Source: Candidatus Zipacnadia bacterium (lineage in GTDB: Bacteria; Armatimonadota; Zipacnadia; Zipacnadales; UBA5352). From it: a stretch of 64,000 nucleotides of DNA. Positions 36,678-44,848 of this stretch are shown in pieces. Numbering within the stretch: the stretch's first letter is position 1; each line of letters starts with the position of its first letter. The DNA lies in NCBI GenBank assembly GCA_029820295.1, contig JALGVA010000005.1, forward strand, positions 1,025 to 65,024. Direction: 5' to 3'. The position numbers and the translations under genes are program-made. The notes under the pieces were generated by a model. That model did not search any database, was not told the DNA's origin, and worked only from the letters and a program-made list of their open reading frames with translations.

Positions 36678-37603
36678 GTATCTCCCTCTTCTCCCACCCC
36701 CAGCCCGCGCACCAGCGCGGTCAACGCGCGGCACAGCGGCGCCGGCAGCCCGCGCTGCTCGGCACGGCGCGCGATCTCGCCGTTGATGAAATCGATCTCC
36801 GTGCGCCGCCCCGCGCTCACGTCCTGCAGCATCGACGAGCGGTTCTGCGCGGTCTGTCGGCAGATGGCCTCGACCGGCCCGGCCATGTCCTCGCGCACGA
36901 ACACCCCGCAGTTGCGCGCGACGTCGGCGGCCTCCTCGGCCACCGCACCCAGCAGCTCCAGCAGCTCCGGTACCTCCACCAGCATCCCGTTGCGCAGGCC
37001 GGTCAGCGCGGTCAGCGGATTGATCGCGGCGTTCACGATCGCCTTCGCCCACAGCGCCTCGTCGATGGCAGGCGTGCGTTCGCAGTCGATGCCGCCTCGC
37101 GCGAGCAGCGCCACGGCATCTCGGGCCCGATGCTCGGCGCCGCTGGGCGAGCCGATCTGCGCGACCCCGCGCCCGGCCTCACGCACGTGCCCCTCGCCCA
37201 GCAGCGTGGCGCCGGTCGTGGTCGTCCCCGCCAGCACACACGCCTCCGGCACCACCTGCGCGATGCGCTCGTAGTTGCCCAGCCCGTTCTGCAGCGTCAG
37301 CACGCCGGACGACTCGTCGAGCGCCGGCAGCGCGTGGCGCGCGGCTACGTCTGTGTCGTAGGCCTTGACGACGATGATCGCCAGCGTCGCGGGATGAAAG
37401 TCGGCCGCGTCGGCGCTGCACGCCACCGGTACCGTGGTCTGCGCGCCGTCGCGCTCAACGATGATGCCCTGCTCGGCGATGCGCGCCGCCCGATCCGCGC
37501 GGTGGTCCAGCAGCCCCACGCGCACACCGCCCTCGGCCAGCAGCGCCGCGTGCAGGCAGCCCATCGCGCCCGGCCCGACGATCAACACCTCCACCCCGCT
37601 CAC
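36674..37603 (-). CDS. panE: 2-dehydropantoate 2-reductase (ketopantoate reductase, PanE/ApbA family)
   Basis: N-terminal GxGxxG (VLIVGPGAMG). ApbA_C domain. 309 aa. ATGA overlap with the downstream gene. Confidence 0.8.
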   Translation of the reverse strand: MSGVEVLIVGPGAMGCLHAALLAEGGVRVGLLDHRADRAARIAEQGIIVERDGAQTTVPVACSADAADFHPATLAIIVVKAYDTDVAARHALPALDESSGVLTLQNGLGNYERIAQVVPEACVLAGTTTTGATLLGEGHVREAGRGVAQIGSPSGAEHRARDAVALLARGGIDCERTPAIDEALWAKAIVNAAINPLTALTGLRNGMLVEVPELLELLGAVAEEAADVARNCGVFVREDMAGPVEAICRQTAQNRSSMLQDVSAGRRTEIDFINGEIARRAEQRGLPAPLCRALTALVRGLGVGEEGDT

Positions 37604-38952
37604 GTCTCGTCCTCCTCGGGGCCGTGCGGCTTGAGGCCGCGCAGGCCCTCGCCGCGCTGCTGGTGCCAGCGCTCCAGCTCGGCTACCTGCGCCAGCGTAC
37701 TGCCCGCGTCGATCTCCGCCTTCTCGCGCCGCTCGCGCTCCATCACGGACATGGCGCGGTTCGCGATGCCCACGGCCTGCTCGCGCGGGACCACGATGAC
37801 GCCGTCGTCATCGGCGATGATCCAGTCGCCGGTGCGGATCGTGGTCTCGCCGATCTTGAGCGGCACCCCGATCATGCCCATGCCCTTGGGCTCGCCCGCG
37901 TTCGGTGTGCGCAGCGCGCAGAACGCCGGGAAGTCAAGCTCGCCGATCTCGCGCGTGTCGCGCATCGCACCGTTGATCACCACGCCGCCGAGTCCGCGCG
38001 AGATGCAGCTCTTGGTGGCCTCCTCCCCCCACACCGCCGGTCCCTCGCCGCGGACGTCGATGACCAGCACGGCGCCCTCGTCGGCCTGGTCGATGGCCTC
38101 AACCGACTTCGCCCAGTCGCCCGGGTAGGTCCACACGGTCAGCGCCGGCCCGCACACCTTGAGGCCCGGCTTGACCGGGAAGATGCCCGGAACAAGTCCG
38201 CGCCGGTGCTGCGCGTCGGAGACATTCGCCGCCGAGCAGCGCATGAAGATCTCGCGCAACTGCTCGGCGCCGCCGCGCTTGAACAGCTCGGTCTCCACCG
38301 CCTCACCCGACGCCATGGCCTCCGCGATGGCGCGCGCGGCCGCGGTGGCGTCGGGGGCCTTGATGATCGCCCCGCCGACGATGACTATGTCCGCGCCGGC
38401 CTTCACCGCCTCGGGCGCGGTCTCGGAGTTGATGCCCCCCGCGACGGCGATCCGGCAGTCCACGGCATCGCGCACCGACCGCAGCGCGTCCATCGGGTCG
38501 GCGCCGACCATCTGCTCGTCGATGGCGGTGTGAATCCCGACGATCGCCGCGCCCAGCTCCTCGGCGCGCCGCGCGCGCTCCACCGGCGTCCGGCAGCCGA
38601 TCAGGTCCACCTGCACCAGCGCGTCGTAGTTGCGCCCGGCCTCCACGCACTCGGCGATGGTCTCGTCCGAGGCCGCCGCCAGCACGGTCACCACCTGCGC
38701 GCCGGCCTTGGCGGCCATCTCGACCTCGGCGCGGCCCGCGTCCATGATCTTCAGGTCCGCGACCACGGTCAGCGCCGGGAACTCCTCGCGCAGGGCGCGC
38801 ACCGCCGCCATGCCCTCGCTCTTGATCAGAGGCGTGCCCGCCTCGACCCAGGTCGCGCCCCCCGCCACCGCCTCGCGCGCCGCGCGCAGCGCCTGGCTGA
38901 GGTTGATGAAGTCCAGCGCCACCTGCAGAGTCGCCTCGCCCGCCATCGTCAT
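37600..38952 (-). CDS. Fusion: OMPDC-suprafamily 3-hexulose-6-phosphate synthase / 3-keto-L-gulonate-6-P decarboxylase-like domain, plus RraA-like (class II aldolase / DlpA) domain
   Basis: N-terminal LQVALDFINL...DLKIMDAG...GADIVIVGGAI is the HPS/KGPDC fold. C-terminal VIDVRGEGPAVWGEEAT...GGVVINGAMRDTREI is the RraA family signature. Start at M50 (ATGACGATGGCG) with a GAGAGGGG RBS. Confidence 0.75.
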   Translation of the reverse strand: MTMAGEATLQVALDFINLSQALRAAREAVAGGATWVEAGTPLIKSEGMAAVRALREEFPALTVVADLKIMDAGRAEVEMAAKAGAQVVTVLAAASDETIAECVEAGRNYDALVQVDLIGCRTPVERARRAEELGAAIVGIHTAIDEQMVGADPMDALRSVRDAVDCRIAVAGGINSETAPEAVKAGADIVIVGGAIIKAPDATAAARAIAEAMASGEAVETELFKRGGAEQLREIFMRCSAANVSDAQHRRGLVPGIFPVKPGLKVCGPALTVWTYPGDWAKSVEAIDQADEGAVLVIDVRGEGPAVWGEEATKSCISRGLGGVVINGAMRDTREIGELDFPAFCALRTPNAGEPKGMGMIGVPLKIGETTIRTGDWIIADDDGVIVVPREQAVGIANRAMSVMERERREKAEIDAGSTLAQVAELERWHQQRGEGLRGLKPHGPEEDET

Positions 38953-38960
38953 CGCCCCTC

Positions 38961-40100
38961 TCAGAGGCCGGTCACGTCCGCCATGTACACGTTGCATGGC
39001 CCGCCCGCGTCCGAGGTGAACAGCGCCCAGCGGTCGTCGGGGCTGAAGATCGGGTGCGGATGCGACTGCTGCTTCGTCCACGAGGTGTCGTGGCGGCACA
39101 GCCGCGTGACCTCGCCGCGCCCGTTAACGTGCCGGATGATCGACATGTACGCCCGCCCGTCCGGGTCGTCGGGCGCGAGGTAGCCGCAGTCGCCGACCAC
39201 CAGCGTGTTGTCCGAGTTCGACTGGATGTGCCCCGGACGCGGGCCGGGCAGCAGGAACTGCCGCAGCCACGAGCCGTCCGGCCGCACGAAGCAGTTGTAG
39301 TGCAGCGCCTCGCCCTCAGACTCGCCGATCACCTGGAAGCCAACCTCGCCGGTGCGCGTGAAGTACTCGTGGCAGCACGACTCGCCCAGGTGCTGGCGGA
39401 ACAGCGGCTGCGCCTGCCGCCCGCGCCGCACCGACGCATCCACGGTCCACATGCGCTGCCTCACATGCGAGCCGCCCTCATGGCAGAACAGGATCAGGTC
39501 CGGCCGGGTCGGGTGGATGCATACGTGCGAGATCCAGTTGCGCTCGCCCCAGACCGCCTCCGCGCCGCCCGTCGAGGTGTCGATGCGCATGATCACGCAC
39601 GCCGGGTGCTGGTAGTAGCGCTCGGCCATGGTCGAGTAGATCACGCCGGTCTCGGTGCTCAGCTCCGAGCGCTCCATGTAGGCGAAGGCCACGTGGCTGC
39701 CGTCGGCCGTGCAGGTGGGCAGCGCCGGGCGGAAGCCGTCGGGGACGCGGTAGAGGTCCTCGGTCTGCAGCGTCGCGAGATCGGTGACCTTGAGGGTGGC
39801 GTCCTGGAAGTGGAAGAGCCGCCCACCCGGGTCGAGGCACGCCTGCGAGAAGCTGGACACCAGGTTCTCGGTGACCTGCACCATGCGCCGGTCGGCGATC
39901 TCGAGCAGGAAGTAGGCCCTGCCGCCCGCACGGTCGGAGCTGATGACGACGCGCTCGGCGCCGTCGCCCACGAACGAGGTAGAGGTGAAGTACAGGTGCA
40001 CATTCTCGGAGCCGTCGCCGGTCAGCCGCCGCACCAGCGCGCCGGTCTCGGGGTCGGCCCACTCCTCGATCTGCGCCTCGAACACATCGCCCACGGCCAT
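38961..40100 (-). CDS. Oligogalacturonate lyase-like (PL22) seven-bladed beta-propeller protein
   Basis: C-terminal HPHPIFSPDDRWALFTSDAGGPCNVYMADV is typical of the OGL/TolB-like propeller C-terminus. 379 aa. Family assignment is moderately confident. Confidence 0.55.
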   Translation of the reverse strand: MAVGDVFEAQIEEWADPETGALVRRLTGDGSENVHLYFTSTSFVGDGAERVVISSDRAGGRAYFLLEIADRRMVQVTENLVSSFSQACLDPGGRLFHFQDATLKVTDLATLQTEDLYRVPDGFRPALPTCTADGSHVAFAYMERSELSTETGVIYSTMAERYYQHPACVIMRIDTSTGGAEAVWGERNWISHVCIHPTRPDLILFCHEGGSHVRQRMWTVDASVRRGRQAQPLFRQHLGESCCHEYFTRTGEVGFQVIGESEGEALHYNCFVRPDGSWLRQFLLPGPRPGHIQSNSDNTLVVGDCGYLAPDDPDGRAYMSIIRHVNGRGEVTRLCRHDTSWTKQQSHPHPIFSPDDRWALFTSDAGGPCNVYMADVTGL

Positions 40101-40106
40101 CGCGCG

Positions 40107-40727
40107 TCAGCTCCTGTCGCTTCGGGCGTCGATGACTCCGTCCTCGGTAACGATCACCGATACGCGCACATCCCACGCTTCGCGCGGCACCTCATCCACG
40201 ATCTGGCTGGCGAAGGCGACCGCGACCGCCGCGCCGCTGTCCACCAGGTCGCCGCGCACGTTCAGGATGTAGTCGTAGTACCCGCCGCCGTAGCCCAGCC
40301 GCCCGCCGTGCCGGTCGAAGGCCAGCCCGGGGACGAGGATGAAGTCGATGTCGCTCTCCGTGCATTCCGGACAGTTCCCCGCGATCGGCTCGGGGATGCC
40401 GCTCCATCCGGGGACAAGTTGTGTCTCCGGGTCGACAACCTCGTGCAGTGCCAGCGCCTCCTCCGGCCCGCGCACGCGCGGCAGCACCAGCCGCGCACGC
40501 GAGCGCACGGTGTGTGCGATCAGCCGGTCGGTGCGCACCTCGCTGCCGATGCTGGCGAACAGCAACCGCACCCGCGCCCGCCGGTAGCTGCTCAGCAGCA
40601 TGACCCGGCGGGTGATCTCAGCGCTGCGCTCCTCGATCTCCGCCGGCGCCAGCGCGTCGCGCGCACGGAGCGCTTCCTCGCGCAGCGCCTGCTTGCGCTC
40701 GGCGGCGTTCAAGGCTCCTCCCGCCAC
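40107..40727 (-). CDS. 5-formyltetrahydrofolate cyclo-ligase (MTHFS)
   Basis: LVPGLAFDRHGGRLGYGGGYYD motif characteristic of 5-FTHF cycloligase. Confidence 0.8.
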   Translation of the reverse strand: MAGGALNAAERKQALREEALRARDALAPAEIEERSAEITRRVMLLSSYRRARVRLLFASIGSEVRTDRLIAHTVRSRARLVLPRVRGPEEALALHEVVDPETQLVPGWSGIPEPIAGNCPECTESDIDFILVPGLAFDRHGGRLGYGGGYYDYILNVRGDLVDSGAAVAVAFASQIVDEVPREAWDVRVSVIVTEDGVIDARSDRS

Positions 40728-41926
40728 GCGCCCATGATGGCGTCGGTCATGCGCGCCACCTGCACCATCGCCGCGACGTCGTGCACGCGGATGATGTCCG
40801 CCCCGCCCGCGATGGCCAGTGCGCAGGTGGCCGCTGTGCCCATCAGCCGCTCGTCCGCAGGCACGCCGCCCAGCACTGTGCCGATGGTGGACTTGCGCGA
40901 GGTACCGACCAGCACGCCCGGCCCGAGGCCGCGCAGCTCACGCAGGCGGCGCAGGATCTCGAGGTTGTTCGCCACCGTCTTACCGAAGCCGAAGCCGGGG
41001 TCGATCACCAGGCGGTCGCGCTCCACGCCGCCCGCCATCGCGGCTGCGACGCGCTCGGCCAGGAAGCCGTAGATGTCGGTCATCAGGTCATCGTAGTGCG
41101 GCGCCTGCTGCATGGTGCGCGGCTCGCCCTGCATGTGCATGATGCACGCCGCCGCGCCGGTCTCCGCGACCGCCTCGATCATGCCGTCGGCGCGCAGGCC
41201 GAAGACGTCGTTGATCATCCCCGCGCCCGCCGCCACCGCCAGCCGCGCCACCTCCGGCTTGCTCGTGTCGATCGAGATCACGGCCCCAAGCTCGGCCAGC
41301 GCCTCCACGACGGGCAGCGTACGCTCAAGCTCCTCCTCGAGCGCCACCGCCTCGCTGCCGGGGCGCGTGGACTCGCCGCCCACGTCGAGGATGTCGGCTC
41401 CGGCCGCGATGAAGCTCGCCGCCTGCTCCACGGCGGCATCGACGTCCGCCCCGAGGCCGTCACCGGAGAACGAATCCGGCGTCACGTTGATGATGCCCAT
41501 CACGAGCGTGCGCTCGCCCAGCGGCAGCTCGCGGTCCACGCAGCGCAGCGGCGGGCGCGCATCTGTGTCGAAGGACGTGACGGTCGCGACCACCTCGCTC
41601 GCGATCGTGCCGAGCCCGAACGGCCCGTCCGCGAGGCGTTCGGCCAGCCGCGCGAAAGTCTGCGGATCGCCCAGCAACACCACCGGCCGCGGCGTGTCGT
41701 CGAAGGCTGCGACGTCGCGGTGCACGGCGCACTCGCCGCCCAGCGCGAGCATCTCCTGGCGCAGCAGCGCCGCCGCCCGGCCGTGGACGGCCTCCACCCG
41801 CACGGCACGCACACGCGCGCGGTCGGCCAGCGCCTCGACGGCCGCAGGCGGCACGCCGACGGCGCGCATCTCCGTCAGCAGGGCATCGCGACCATCGAGA
41901 TCGAGAACTCGGGCCTGGTGGGACAT
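40709..41926 (-). CDS. folP: Dihydropteroate synthase with a ~125-aa N-terminal extension domain of unknown function
   Basis: DHPS pterin-binding core starts at LVMGIINVTPDSFSGDG (aa ~131), with DVGGESTRPG, IDTSKPEVA and GAGMINDV motifs. The N-terminal 125 aa have no recognisable DHPS homology. Confidence 0.8.
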   Translation of the reverse strand: MSHQARVLDLDGRDALLTEMRAVGVPPAAVEALADRARVRAVRVEAVHGRAAALLRQEMLALGGECAVHRDVAAFDDTPRPVVLLGDPQTFARLAERLADGPFGLGTIASEVVATVTSFDTDARPPLRCVDRELPLGERTLVMGIINVTPDSFSGDGLGADVDAAVEQAASFIAAGADILDVGGESTRPGSEAVALEEELERTLPVVEALAELGAVISIDTSKPEVARLAVAAGAGMINDVFGLRADGMIEAVAETGAAACIMHMQGEPRTMQQAPHYDDLMTDIYGFLAERVAAAMAGGVERDRLVIDPGFGFGKTVANNLEILRRLRELRGLGPGVLVGTSRKSTIGTVLGGVPADERLMGTAATCALAIAGGADIIRVHDVAAMVQVARMTDAIMGAWREEP

Positions 41927-41973
41927 ATGCGCATCGTCCTGTCCACGCGGCGGCGGGGTCGCTCTCCGGCGGC

Positions 41974-42002
41974 ATTATATCGCCTCGCCAGCGCGCACGC
42001 AA
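41974..42002 (-). promoter_or_regulatory. Sigma70-like promoter (minus strand) TTGCGT-17-TATAAT, ~45 nt upstream of folP
   Basis: The reverse complement reads ggttgcgtgcgcgctggcgaggcgaTATAATgcc. Perfect -10, weak -35. Confidence 0.4.
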
Positions 42003-42076
42003 CCGCACGGAAGGTGGCCGTCGGTGCGCCGACGAACGCCCCGCGGACGCCATCCGGGTGCGGGAGACATGCGGCC

Positions 42077-42973
42077 ATGAAGGCAGATGATCTGCGGGGG
42101 TTCTGGGGTGCGGTGCGTGCCGAGCTGGACGCCGTGCCCGTCGGCGCCGAGACCGAGCCGGTCGAGCCGCCGCTCGACGCGCTCGTGCAGGTGCAGCGCG
42201 TCACCATGTCCGGGCTCGGCGGGGTGCGCTTCCGGGCCTATCTGTGCACGCCGCAGCTCGGCGCGGGCGCGGGCCCGCGGCCGGCCGTGGTGTGCACGCC
42301 CGGCTACGGCGGCACCACGCCGCACACCTCGTGGTGGGGGCTGTGCTACGACCGAGGCTTCGCGCTGCTGGTGGTCTACCCGCGCGGGCAGGGCGAGAGC
42401 GCCGAACTGTGGCGGGTGCCCGCGGGCCTCAGCAAGCTGACCATGGGGCTGGACGATCCGGCCGGGCAGTACTACCGAGCCGCCTACGCCGACTGCATGC
42501 GCGGCATCGACTTTCTGTGCGAGCACCCGGGCATCGACCGCGAGCGCATCGGCGCGCTGGGGCTCAGCCAGGGGGGCGGGCTGACGCTCGCGACCGCGGC
42601 CCTCGACGGCCGGGTGCGCGCGGCGGTCGCGCACGAGCCCTTCCTGTGCAACTACCCGGTCGCAGTCGAGACCGCGACCACCGGGCCCTACCTGGAGCTG
42701 ACCGCGTGGCTGCGCGAGCACCCCGAGCGGCGCGAGCAGGCGCTGGCGACGCTCGCGTGGTTCGACCCGGTGAACCTCGCGCAGCTCATCGCCTGCCCCA
42801 CCTTCATCTCCATCGGGCTCGCCGACACCACCTGCCCGCCGGAGACCATCCGGCCGGTGTACGACGCGATCACGGCCATGAAGGGGCTAATCGAGATCCC
42901 GGGCGCGGGGCACGGCTGGCAGTACGACTACCGCCCCTTCAACGACCTGTGGCTGCGCCGCTTCCTGGGGTGA
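42077..42973 (+). CDS. Acetyl xylan esterase / cephalosporin-C deacetylase family (CE7, AXE1)
   Basis: Internal ATG within the 730-aa track ORF, with a GGGAGACA RBS. Catalytic GLSQGG nucleophile elbow and C-terminal HG (AGHGW). 298 aa. Confidence 0.75.
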   Translation: MKADDLRGFWGAVRAELDAVPVGAETEPVEPPLDALVQVQRVTMSGLGGVRFRAYLCTPQLGAGAGPRPAVVCTPGYGGTTPHTSWWGLCYDRGFALLVVYPRGQGESAELWRVPAGLSKLTMGLDDPAGQYYRAAYADCMRGIDFLCEHPGIDRERIGALGLSQGGGLTLATAALDGRVRAAVAHEPFLCNYPVAVETATTGPYLELTAWLREHPERREQALATLAWFDPVNLAQLIACPTFISIGLADTTCPPETIRPVYDAITAMKGLIEIPGAGHGWQYDYRPFNDLWLRRFLG

Positions 42974-42989
42974 GGCGAGGCGCGCGCGC

Positions 42990-44267
42990 TCAGCGGAGGC
43001 CGTCGGCGCTGCGCAGACAGTGAAGCCGGCCGTCGTTGGCGCCGATGTAGATGCGCCCGTCGCTGAAAGCCGGCGACGAGTATACCTTCGTGGACAGGGC
43101 CTCGCGCGCAATGATGGCGCCATCGGCGGCATTGAGCAGGTAGAGGTTGCCGTCGTGGCAGCCGAAGCACAGGGTGTCACCCAGCAGCGCCGGCGAGGAG
43201 TCGACCACCCCGCCCACCTGGCGCTCCCAGGCCAGCTCCCCGTCGGACAGCCGCAGGGCGCGCGCCACCGTCTTCGACAGGTAGCCCTCGACCGTCACGA
43301 AGTAGCAGTACCCGTCCGCGACCAGCGGCGAGCCCGGCACCGAGAACGCCTCGTTGGCCGCCCAGCGCTGCTCCCCGGTGGCGAGATCGAGGCCGATCAG
43401 GTAGTCGAGCTTGGGCGGGCGCAGCGCACTCGGGCCCATGAGCGCAAAGACCACGAGATCGCCGGCAACCACCGGCCCCGCCACGACCTTCGGCGTGCCC
43501 GCGGTGTCCGCCGCAACATCGGCGCCGGTCCCGCCCGGCTCGACGGCCTCGGCGCGCCAGCTCATGCGCGACGCCGACTCCGGGCGCAGCGCGAGTTCCC
43601 AGCGCACCGAGCCGTCGGCCAGCGACAGCGCGCGCATGCGGCCCACGTCGTCGCCGTAGAGCACGCTGTCGCCGGCGATGGCCGGCGCGCCCTGGATCCC
43701 CGCGCCCGGCTCGGTGCGCCACAGCACCGAGCCGTCGGCCACCGAGAGCGCGCACAGGCGGCCGTCCATCGAGCCGAAGACCACCGTGTTGCCGGCGACC
43801 GCCGGCGATGACAGCACCGGCCCGCGCGTGCGGTAGCACCAAGCAAGGGCGCCGTCCGCGGCGCGCAGGGCGTAGAGGAAGCGATCGACCGAGCCGAAGA
43901 GCACCAGCCCGTCCGCGACCGCCGGCGATGACACGATGGCGCCGCCCGTCTGGAAGCGCCACAGCTCAGAGCCGTCCGCGGCCGACAGCGCGTGCATGAC
44001 TCCCAGCGAGTCGCCGACGTAGACCACCTGCCCAACGACCGCCGGCGAGCCGTCCACGCTGCCGCCCGGAGCCAGCTCGACCGCCCACACGCCCGCCAGC
44101 CCCGTGACCTGCGCGTCGGCGACGGTGCCGGTGCGCGCGGGATCGAGGCGGAACATCGGCCAGTCGGCGGCGGCCGTCCCGACGACCGCCAGCAGCAGTG
44201 TGGCGGCGAGCAGCATGCGCGCAGCCGGGCGCGGCCGGTCTGCGGATGGTGTTCCCGATGGTGCCAT
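42990..44267 (-). CDS. PQQ-like beta-propeller repeat protein (BamB/YfgL-like) with signal peptide
   Basis: Repeated xDGxxLWxxxxGGxxxSSPAVAxxxVxxGS blades (at least 7). Signal peptide after M9. GGAGGA RBS. Confidence 0.75.
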   Translation of the reverse strand: MAPSGTPSADRPRPAARMLLAATLLLAVVGTAAADWPMFRLDPARTGTVADAQVTGLAGVWAVELAPGGSVDGSPAVVGQVVYVGDSLGVMHALSAADGSELWRFQTGGAIVSSPAVADGLVLFGSVDRFLYALRAADGALAWCYRTRGPVLSSPAVAGNTVVFGSMDGRLCALSVADGSVLWRTEPGAGIQGAPAIAGDSVLYGDDVGRMRALSLADGSVRWELALRPESASRMSWRAEAVEPGGTGADVAADTAGTPKVVAGPVVAGDLVVFALMGPSALRPPKLDYLIGLDLATGEQRWAANEAFSVPGSPLVADGYCYFVTVEGYLSKTVARALRLSDGELAWERQVGGVVDSSPALLGDTLCFGCHDGNLYLLNAADGAIIAREALSTKVYSSPAFSDGRIYIGANDGRLHCLRSADGLR

Positions 44268-44356
44268 GGTGGGGCTCCTCCAACGGTACACGCAGCACCG
44301 CCTGCGAACAGGCGGCGCTGCGCAAAGGTCGATCGAGTGGCTCAGACGCGTCGTGC

Positions 44357-44761
44357 TCAGCTCGGCGGTTCCGGCGGAACGTCCACCGCGTCGATCAGGT
44401 TGATCGGCGCAGTGAGCTGCGTGGTCTGGCCGCCGACGACGTTCACCGTGAGGTCGACGCCGGGCGGCACCACGAGCCCGCGGTCGGGATCGACCTGGAT
44501 GCTGATCACCTGCTGGCCCACGGCCACGCCGTTGACCGTGAACTGGCCGCTGGCGTTGGTAGTGGCCGTGATGCCGCCGATGGTCACCTGCACATCGCCG
44601 AGGGGCAGGGCGGTTCCTGCGTGCACGATGGTGCCGGAGACCGAACCTGTCTGCGCCGGCGCGACCCCGCCGCCGTCACCGCCGCACCCGACCAGCCCGA
44701 ACGCGGCCATCCCGATGAGCGCGAGGGCCGTCAGTCCGGCACATCGCCCGATGGTCATCAT
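44357..44761 (-). CDS. Small lipoprotein with a carboxypeptidase-regulatory-like (CarboxypepD_reg) beta-sandwich domain
   Basis: Signal plus lipobox LVGCGG. GTIVHAGTALPLGDVQVTIGGITATTNASGQFTV is the CarboxypepD_reg pattern. 134 aa. Confidence 0.55.
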   Translation of the reverse strand: MMTIGRCAGLTALALIGMAAFGLVGCGGDGGGVAPAQTGSVSGTIVHAGTALPLGDVQVTIGGITATTNASGQFTVNGVAVGQQVISIQVDPDRGLVVPPGVDLTVNVVGGQTTQLTAPINLIDAVDVPPEPPS

Positions 44762-44848
44762 GCCTCTGTCACCTCTTCAGTACTGGGCTGCCGTGTATGA
44801 TCCATTGCGAACCGGCGCCGCCGCCGAGGCGACGGCGCCGCGATCAGG

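Noticed and set aside
35085-41072. Long plus-strand ORFs (729, 519 and 672 aa) across the folate/C1 operon
   Set aside because: All are antisense to eight consecutive minus-strand genes with clear family motifs (MetF, MetV, MeTr, PanE, HPS-RraA, OGL, MTHFS, FolP). The products are R/A/G/P/H low complexity.
40781-42076. Upstream 430 codons of the 730-aa plus ORF that ends as the CE7 esterase
   Set aside because: It is antisense to folP, low-complexity and Arg-rich. The esterase has its own ATG at 42077 with an RBS, and the esterase fold begins there.
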